From assembly GCF_009914755.1 (NCBI RefSeq), contig NC_060936.1: a DNA stretch of 64,000 bases; one strand, given 5' to 3'. The notes under the pieces are model-generated. The model worked only from the letters and a program-made list of their open reading frames with translations, searched no databases and was not told the origin of the DNA. Both the position numbers and the translations under genes were made by a program. Each line of letters opens with the position of its first letter. Position 1 is the stretch's first letter. Of this stretch, positions 52,574 through 64,000 are shown in pieces. The DNA comes from the human T2T-CHM13v2.0 reference genome, Homo sapiens.

Positions 52574-52966
52574 TGAAGTGATCCGCCCACCTTGGCCTCC
52601 CAAAACGTTGGGATTACAGGCATGACTCACTGTGCCTGTCCAAATTTGTAACTTTTTTTATGGAGACAAGGTCTCGCTGTGTCACCCAGGCTGATCTTGA
52701 ATTCCCGGCCTCAAGTGATCCTCCCCCTTTAGCTTCCCAAAGCACTGGTATTACAGGTATGAGCCACCACACCTGGCCTTAAAATACCTAAATTAGGCCA
52801 GGCGCGGTGGCTCATGCCTGTAATGACAGCAGTTTGGGAGGCCGAGGCGGGTGGATCACCTGAGGTCCGGAGTTCAAGACCAGCCTGACCAACATGGAGA
52901 AACCCCGTCTCTACTAAAAATACAGAATTAGCTGGGCGTGGTGGCACATGCCTGTAATCCCAGCTA

Positions 52967-53098
<132 letters not shown>

Positions 53099-53119
53099 TT
53101 ATTTTTTAATAACACTCTT

Positions 53120-53539
53120 GCTGTGGGTTGCATTATGTCCCCCACAATTTCGTATGTTGAAGTCATATCCTAACCCCCAGTACCTCAGAATGCGACCTTA
53201 TTTGGAGATGTTTTTACAGATCTAATCAAGTTAAAATGAGGTCATTGGCCTTAATCCAACGTAACAGTGTTGTAGAGGGAGAACACTATGTGAAGATGCA
53301 GGCGCAGATCTGGGTGATACTTCTACCTTCTACGAGCCAAGGAATGTCCGATTGTCTGCTCACCGCCAAAAGCTACGGGAGAGGCATGCGAGGGACCACT
53401 GCTCATAGCATTTGGAGGAACCAACCCGCCAACACCTTGATTTTGAACTTCTGCCCCCCAGAACTGTATGACAATACATTTCTGTGGCTTAAGCCACTTA
53501 GTTTGCAGTACTTTGTTACGGTAACCAGCAAATCATACA
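53120..53539 (+). mobile_element. MaLR solo LTR (MLT1A/B/C-like)
   Basis: ATGTTGAAGTC...TAACCCCCAGTACCTCAGAATGCGACCTTATTTGGAGAT...ACACCTTGATTTTGAACTTCTG...CCAGAACTGT...TACTTTGTTACGG. Confidence 0.8.
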
Positions 53540-53656
53540 TCTATTAAGAACATCTCCCAGAACCAAAATGATGATATTCATTCATTCCTTCAAACTCACC
53601 AATTTAAGATTAAAAAAAGAAAGAAAGCCTACACAGGAAAAAATTAAGAAAAATCA

Positions 53657-54010
<354 letters not shown>

Positions 54011-54027
54011 TTATAATAAAATGATAA

Positions 54028-54345
<318 letters not shown>

Positions 54346-54471
54346 TAATTTTTTTTTTTGAGATGGAGTTTCACTCTTGTTGCCCAGACTGGAGGGTCGG
54401 CCAGATCTCGGCTCACCCCAACTTGCTCTTCCCGGGTTCAAGTGATTCTCCTGCCTCAGCCTCCCAAATAG

Positions 54472-54645
<174 letters not shown>

Positions 54646-54772
54646 TAGCCAGGATTGTCTCGATCTCCTGACCTCGTGATCCACCTGCCTTGGTCTCCCA
54701 AAGTGCTGGGATTACAGGCACGAGCCACTGTGCCCTGACTTTTGTTTTTGTTTTTGTTTTTGTTTTTTTTGA

Positions 54773-54931
<159 letters not shown>

Positions 54932-55464
54932 TAGTAGAGACGGGGTTTCTCCATGTTGTTCAGGCTGGTCTTGAACTCCAGACTTCAGGTGATCTGCCCG
55001 CCTCGGCCTCCCAAAGTGCTGGGATTACAGGCGTGAGCCACAGGCCTGGCCCTGGCCTGATAATTTTTAAAACTGTAAGGAATTCCCAATATATTGTACA
55101 ACTAGTTTGATAATGCCTTTCCTTTAAGAGAAAATGTGAGGAGAAAAGTAGCTATATCCATTTGACAGAGAAGCAAAAAGCCTGATTGTGCATAAAAGCT
55201 ATTTGGGGTTGAATGCAGTAGCTTACACCTGTAATTGTAGTACTTTGAGAGGCCGAGGTGGGAGTCGGCTTGAACCCAAGAGTTCAAGATAAGCAACATG
55301 GCGTGACCCTGTCTTTTTTTTTTTTTTTTTTGAGATGGAGTCTCACACTCTTGTCACCCAGGCTGAAGTGCCGTGGCATGATCTCAGCTCACTGGGGTTC
55401 AAGTAATCATCCTGCCTCAGCCTCCTGTGTAGCTGGAATTACAAGTGTGTGCCACCACATCTAA

Positions 55465-55681
<217 letters not shown>

Positions 55682-55683
55682 TA

Positions 55684-55875
<192 letters not shown>

Positions 55876-56579
55876 TTACAGGTGTGAGCCACCGTGCCCG
55901 GCCCTAATTTTTGTATTTTTAGTAGAGACAGGGTTTCACCATGTTGGCCAGGCTGGTCTCGAACTCCTGACCTCAGGTGATACGCCCACCTCGGCCTCCC
56001 AAAGTGCTGGAATTACAGGCGTGAGGCATAGCACCTGGCATATTGTACATACATTATACATATTAATATATGTGTGTATATAGAGAAAGGTACTTTTAGG
56101 CCAGGCATGTTGGCTCAGGCCTAAAGGAGGTTGGAGAAGCACTTGAAGCCAGGAGTTCAAGACCAACCTGGGCAACGTACTGAAACCTGGTCTCTATTAA
56201 GAAAAAAAAAAAAAAAAAGAGGCGGGCACAGTGCCTGACGCCTGTTAATCCCAACACTTTGGGAGGCCGAGGCGGGCAGATCACGAGATCAAGAGATTCA
56301 GATCATCCTGGCCAACATGGTGAATCCCCATCTCTACTAAAAATACAAAAATTAGCTGGGCATGGTGGTGTGCAGCTATCATCTCAGCCACTGGGGAGGC
56401 TGAGGCAGGAGAATCACTTGAACCCAAGAGATAGAGGTTGCAGTGTGAGCCAAGATCGCGCCATTGCACTCCAGCCCGGTGACAGAGTGAGACTTCATCT
56501 CAAAAAAAAAAAAAAAGAAAGAAAGAAAAAATGAAGATAGTAACATATATTTATATATATTTGCACATCCTCTATCTCA

Positions 56580-56610
<31 letters not shown>

Positions 56611-56612
56611 AA

Positions 56613-56776
<164 letters not shown>

Positions 56777-56867
56777 TAGTAGAGACAAGGTTTCTCCGTA
56801 TTGGTCAGGCTGGTCTCGAACTCCTGACCTCAGGTGATCCACCTGCCTCTGTCTCCCAAAGTGCTAG

Positions 56868-57064
<197 letters not shown>

Positions 57065-57625
57065 TAGAGACTGGGTTTCGCCATGTTGGCCAGGCTGGTC
57101 TCGAACTCCCAACCTCAAGTCATATTCCTGCCTGGGCCTCCCAAAGTGCTGGGGTTACAGGCATGAGCCACCACGCCCAGTGTCGATAATTATAATTTAT
57201 GTACTCTTTGCAATAAATTAGTATTCATATTTACAATCTATGAATCTACCCTTTGCTTAAAACCATTTAGTGGCTTTCCATTGGACTGGAGTAAAAATAT
57301 AAGTCTTACTAGTGCCCTTCTGTAAGTCAGCATCCAGTTAGGAAAACAGAGAGGTTAAAATAGGAAATTCATTAAACGGGTGACAGAGGACTGAGAAGGC
57401 AGAAAGGGAACACCGAGGCAATGTAAATAACAACTAGAGGAAGCAGCTACCACCTCCAAAGCTGGAGATAAAAATAAAAACAAGTTGGGGTTAGCACAGC
57501 TAGCAAAATCGGAGGAAGAGCCCCGGAGAGCTCGTTCTCACCCCTCTAAGAAAGAGGCACATAGCCAGGCGCTGTGATTCATACCTGTAATCCCAGCACT
57601 TTCAGAGGCAGAGGTGGGCGGATCA

Positions 57626-58013
<388 letters not shown>

Positions 58014-58780
58014 CTACTGCCAGAGGCAGTGTTATTACTGAGGGGAACATGCTAGGAATAGTAAGCAAACAGGCAAGAACAAGTCCCCTCTCTTCCTCCT
58101 GCCTCCCAGACTGCTTCTATCTGCTCTCATTGGAAGAACCTAACATTAACTGAGAACGGGGAATTATGGTTTGCTGCTCTGTATCACAGAACAGGGTAGA
58201 AATGTGGATATTACCCAGGCTGATCTCAAACTTCAAACTTATGAGATCAAGCGATACACCTGCCACGGACTCCCAAAGTGCTGGGATTACAAGCATAAGC
58301 CACCAGGCCTGGCCTGCCTTTTTTCCTTATAGCATTAATCACTATTTATAATGATCTTTTGGGCTGGGAGCAGTGGCTCATGCCTGTAGTCCTAGCAATT
58401 TGGAAGGCCAAGGTGGGCAGATCACTTGAGGTCAGGAGTTTGAGACCAGCCTGGCCAACATGGCAAAACCCCACCTCTACTAAAAATACAAAAATTAGCT
58501 GGGTGTGGTGGCGGGTGCCTGTAATCCCAGCTATCTGGGAGGCTGAGGCAGGAGAATCGCTTGAACCCGGGAGGCTGAGGTTGTGGTGAGCCAAGATCCT
58601 GCCACTTCACTCCAGCTTGGGCGATAGAGCAAGACTCTGTCTCAAAAAATAAATAGGCCGGGTGTGGTGGCTCACCCCTGTAATCCCAGCACTTTGGGAG
58701 GCCGAGGTGGACTGATCATCACCTGAGGTCAGGAGTTTGAGACCAGCCTGACCAACATGGAGAAACCCTTGTCTCTACTA

Positions 58781-58968
<188 letters not shown>

Positions 58969-59213
58969 TTAATTAAATTAAATAATCTTTTGGATGGGCG
59001 TGTGGCTCACGCCTGTAGTCCCAACACTTCGGGAGGCCAAGGCAGGTAGATCATTTGAGGTCAGGAATTCAAGACCAGCCTGGCCAACGTGGTGAAACCC
59101 CTTCTCTACCAAAAATACAAAAATATGCCCGGGCGCGGTGGCTCACGCCTGTAAGGCAAGCGCTTTGGGAGGCTGAGGCGGGTGGATCACTTGAGGCCAG
59201 GAGTTCAAGACTA

Positions 59214-59636
<423 letters not shown>

Positions 59637-59918
59637 CTAGCACTTTGGAAGGCTGAGGCAGCTGGATCACATGATGCCAGGAGTTTGAGACCAGACTGGC
59701 CAACATGGAGAAACACTATCTCTATTAAAAATACAAAAATTGGGCTGAGCGCAGTGGGTCACGCCTGTAATCCCAGCACTTTGGGAGGCTGAGGCCGTCA
59801 TATCAATTGAGGTTAGGAGTTCGAATCCAGCCTGGCCAACATGGTGAAACCCCATCTCTACTAAAAATACAAAAATTAGCCAGCCATGGTAGTGGGCGCC
59901 TATAATTCCAGCTACTCA

Positions 59919-60023
<105 letters not shown>

Positions 60024-61405
60024 TCAAGAAAAATAAAAATAAATAAACAAAATGATCTTTTTTTTCTTTTTTCTCTTTTTTTTTTTGAGATGGAGTCTCT
60101 CTTTGTCGCCTAGGCTGGAGTGCAGTGGCGTGATCTCGGCTCACTGCAAGCTCTGCCTCAGCCTCCCGAGTAGCTGGGACTCCAGGTGCCTGCCACCACG
60201 CCCGGCTAATTTTTTTTTTTTTGTATTTTTAGTAGAGATGGGGTTTCACCGTGTTAGCCAGGATGGTCTCGATCTTCTGACCTGGTGATCCGCCCACCTC
60301 AGCCTCCCAAAGTGCTGGGATTACAGGTGTGAGTCACCACACCCAGCCTTAAAATTATCTTTTAAATAATGCCTTGTTTCTTCCCTAAAAGAATGCAAGG
60401 AAGGAGCTGTGTCTACTTTCCCTTCGGATCCTTGGGGGATCCAAAACAGCGGCAGGCATAGAGCTCAATAAATGTTGAAATAATCAATTTTGGAGAAAGC
60501 AAACACCTCTCTCTCTATATATATTTTTTGTTTGTTTGTTTGTTTGTTTTGAGACAGAGTCTCGCTCTGGTGCCCAGGCTGGATTGCAGTGGGACGATCT
60601 TGGCTCACTGCAACCTCTGCCTCCCGGGTTCAAGCACTTCTCCGCCTCAGCCTCCTGAGTAGTGAGATTACAGGCACGCACCACCACGCCTGGCTAATTT
60701 TTGTATTTTTAGTAGAAACGGGGTTTTCACCATGTTGGTCAGGCTGGTCTTGAATTCCTGACCTCGTGATCCACCTGCCTCGGCCTCCCAGAGTGCTGGG
60801 ATTACAGGTGAGAGCCACTGCACACTGCCACACTTCCACATATTTATGGAAGCTGTAAGGCATGTTGGAGATTACGGCACCAGCTCCTTCATTTGACAGG
60901 TAGGGAAATGGAAGGCCAGAGAGCTGAACTGATGTGCCAAGTGACACAGTGACTTTGTGACAAAAGTGTCCTTTTCTACCTTTCCCAGTGCTTTCACATA
61001 TATCATTTTATTTTCCTTTCCTATTTTCCTGGTGCTTTGGAAGAGTCTTTGGGCAATGGTTGGGTCTCCAAAACTTTTTCAATTACCAAAGAGACAGGAT
61101 GGATTAGTGACCTCGTCCCACACCCCTGGGAGGGGCCCCAGGGAAGAGCAGTAGTAACTGGACGCCTTCCCTGAGTCCAAAGCAGACACTCCAGGACACC
61201 TGATTCTCTGGGAACATACTGACTGAGCCCCCTCTCCCAGAGGGGAACAGCGAATACTTGCTTCCCTCGGGATAAGGTAGCCATTTAGTGTTTGAACAGT
61301 GGAGAGACTGACCCAGGCCCTGCAATTACATTGCTGGGTGACCTTGGGCAGCGCGTAAGTGACCCGCTTCCTCTATTGCCCCATCTGTAAAATGGGTGGG
61401 TGTGA

Positions 61406-61720
<315 letters not shown>

Positions 61721-61836
61721 TAATCCACCCGCCTCGGCCTCCCAAAGTGCTGAGATTACAGGCGTGAGCCACCGCGCCCGGCCGGGTTTTGAATACTGGA
61801 ATATTCAATAAACCTTTTTTTTTTTTTTTTTTTTGA

Positions 61837-61959
<123 letters not shown>

Positions 61960-62239
61960 TAGGATTACATGCATGCGATACCACGCCCGGCTAATTTTGT
62001 ATTTTTAGTAGAGACTGGGTTTCTCTATATTGGTCAGGCTGGTCTCGAACCACGGACCTCAGGTGATCCGCCCGCCTCAGCCTCCCAAAGTGCTGGGATT
62101 ACAGGCATGAGCCACCGCGCCCGGCCAAAACCTTTCAAACCTGAGAATGAATGGATCAAACTGCTGGAGAGGTCGGTGTGCTGGAGTTGCTAAACTGCTG
62201 GGAGACTCAGGTTTCCCAGCTCTTAAGGGAAGATCGAGG

Positions 62240-63330
62240 GGTCAAAGGTCGGGTTCCGGTCAAGCCCACAGAGAACCGGAAGTCCCAGATCCGGTCGGCT
62301 CGGAGCCCAGGGCTCCAGCCGGGCTACTCACGCTCCGGAGGCGGAGCTTCAGCAGCGGGAGGGGGAGGAATCTGGGGCCTCCCAATGGCAGCTCGGGTGT
62401 CTTCCATCGCAGCCATTCAACGTCTGGCGACGGTCAAATTTAAACACCCCTCCCACCTCCTCCGCCGGGACCTGTCGGGAAAGCGTTTGCAGTTATTGCG
62501 GCGGCTGGACACGCCCCGCCGCCGAAGAGGCGGGAGAAGGGCGGGGCCTTTCTCCGAGTTGGCCTATCACTACGGGCAGCCTGCGGAGAGGCGGGAGGCG
62601 GCGCCAATCGGGGCGAGCAGCTGGAGCCCGGCGGAGCAGTTGGCTGAGTTGTTGCAACTTTTTTCGAAAGCTGGGTTTCCCGGGAGATCCCAGGCGGTGA
62701 CAGAGTGGAGCCATGGCTAGAGGTATTTGCCCAAGTGGCCGGCACCGGAGCGGCTGGGTCGGGGGTCGTGCTGGAGGGGTTGCCGGGGTGGAGGCAGCGG
62801 CTGCGGGGAGGCGTCCTCCTCGGGTGGCTCGGGGCAAGCTTGGGGACCCGCGTGGGGGGAGAGGGGGTGCTGCTGCGGAACCCGCCGGCCCCCCCTTGCG
62901 GCTCCAGATGCCCCCAGAAACCCTTCCCACTGCCGTGCTTCTGTTTCCCTTCTATGAAGTGAACACCTGCGGGCCTGCCTCTCCACGGCAGCAGATCCAT
63001 ATGTCAGAGCTCTTTGGAAACTAAAGCGCAGGGCACCTCCAGGGAATAGGTGTTATTGATAGAAGTGGGGCGGGGGCAGGAGTGAGGCTTCGCCCACTTT
63101 GGGGCCCTCTCTCTTTGGGAAAGGAGGTGATCCCGAGGCGAAGGCGCAGATCGATAACCTGCATATTGGGGTGCGCGTCAGGGTGGACACCGCAGCAGGC
63201 GCCTTTCCTCCCTCCCCACGTCCTGAGTCAGCTCTGCGCCGCTGGAGCGAAGGCCGGGCCCCGCTGGCCCACTTTGGGGTAAAACGGGTTCCTGGCATCT
63301 CGCGGGCGCGGTCGTTCGCCCCGCATCTGG
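62240..63330. promoter_or_regulatory. KMT5A (SETD8) promoter CpG island
   Basis: GC- and CpG-rich. Contains ETS ACCGGAAGT (62275-62283), GC boxes near 62511-62548, CCAAT (62604-62608) and CHR-like TTCGAA (62663-62668). Confidence 0.85.
62713..62722 (+). CDS. KMT5A: KMT5A/SETD8 first coding exon (MAR+G, 10 coding nt); histone H4K20 monomethyltransferase; remainder outside the window
   Basis: GCCATGG Kozak, then ATG GCT AGA G|gtattt. Matches the MARG... N-terminus of SETD8 and the recalled head-to-head SBNO1/KMT5A arrangement. Only 10 coding nt are visible. Confidence 0.8.
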
Positions 63331-64000
63331 TCAGGACTTCGCCCCCCGGTAGATGGCTTGGGTGGGCTTGTACAGCCCTGGGAGGCGATGCCCTGTCTGA
63401 AGTCCTCTGCATACTTAGTTGGCTGTCAGGACAGTGCCTCCCAGGTATGCGGCAAAGAGATCTCCAACCGCTTGGTCATTTCCAGCCACTGCGTCTCCTT
63501 CACGCCAAAGGGCCAAAAACTTGAGCGTGAAAGTTGAGTAGAATTAGTATTAAAAAAAAAAAAAAGTTTTGGTATTATATTTTTCTCAAAATTTCAAGGC
63601 TTCAAGTGTTAGTAGGAATTTGCTTTAGTGCAGTATGCTCCCTATAGCAATAATAATGAATAAAATAATGATTCATTCAGTAAATATCTATTGGGTCCCT
63701 TTGTTTTCAGGCCCTGAAGTCAGTTGCATCATCTATTCTCCTAGCATCCCTAGAGGTTCTTTTGGGATAAGACTTACCCAGAGCCTGATGAAAAAATGAG
63801 GCATAGTAAACTTCAGGTTAAAGAGCTTCATCACTCAACTCTTGGAGAAAATTAATACTAATATTTTTCCTTTGAAAAGTGTTAAGCATCTAAAAGTATA
63901 TTTAACATTATCTGACTAATTTATCTGACAAATTTTAATAAAACTATGCTTCCTGGGTTCATTTTTCTCATCACAGCAAAATCATTTAAACTACTTGTTT

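Noticed and set aside
62147-63524. ORFs of 76-189 aa in the KMT5A CpG island
   Set aside because: Same GC artefact; only the 10-nt ATG GCT AGA G exon fits the known protein.

Overview
Primate, most likely human, genomic DNA saturated with Alus (roughly 100 copies or fragments by eye). The left two-thirds holds the 5' half of SBNO1 (strawberry notch homolog 1) on the minus strand: a non-coding first exon in a CpG island at about 43.2-43.35 kb and 16 coding exons from 28973 down to 89. These splice in frame with GT-AG boundaries to give 2323 nt of CDS, including the helicase-like Walker A-like, DECH and SAT motifs; the gene continues left of the window. About 19 kb upstream, across a repeat-filled spacer containing an SVA, a truncated L1 and MaLR LTRs, lie the divergent CpG-island promoter and first coding exon (ATG GCT AGA G|gt) of KMT5A/SETD8. 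A Y3 RNA retropseudogene and the MIR8072 hairpin are also present. Gene names come from my recognition of the sequences, not from a database search. Main findings: (1) a perfect TISU/YY1 ATG at the SBNO1 5' end is in frame with the main ATG and is separated from it by a single TAG; (2) a 22/23-nt duplicate of the exon-1 donor lies 409 nt downstream and suggests a second first exon; (3) a U12-type intron lies immediately before the Walker B exon; (4) a retrotransposon stack re-used one target site, which now appears five times inside an old MLT1 LTR.
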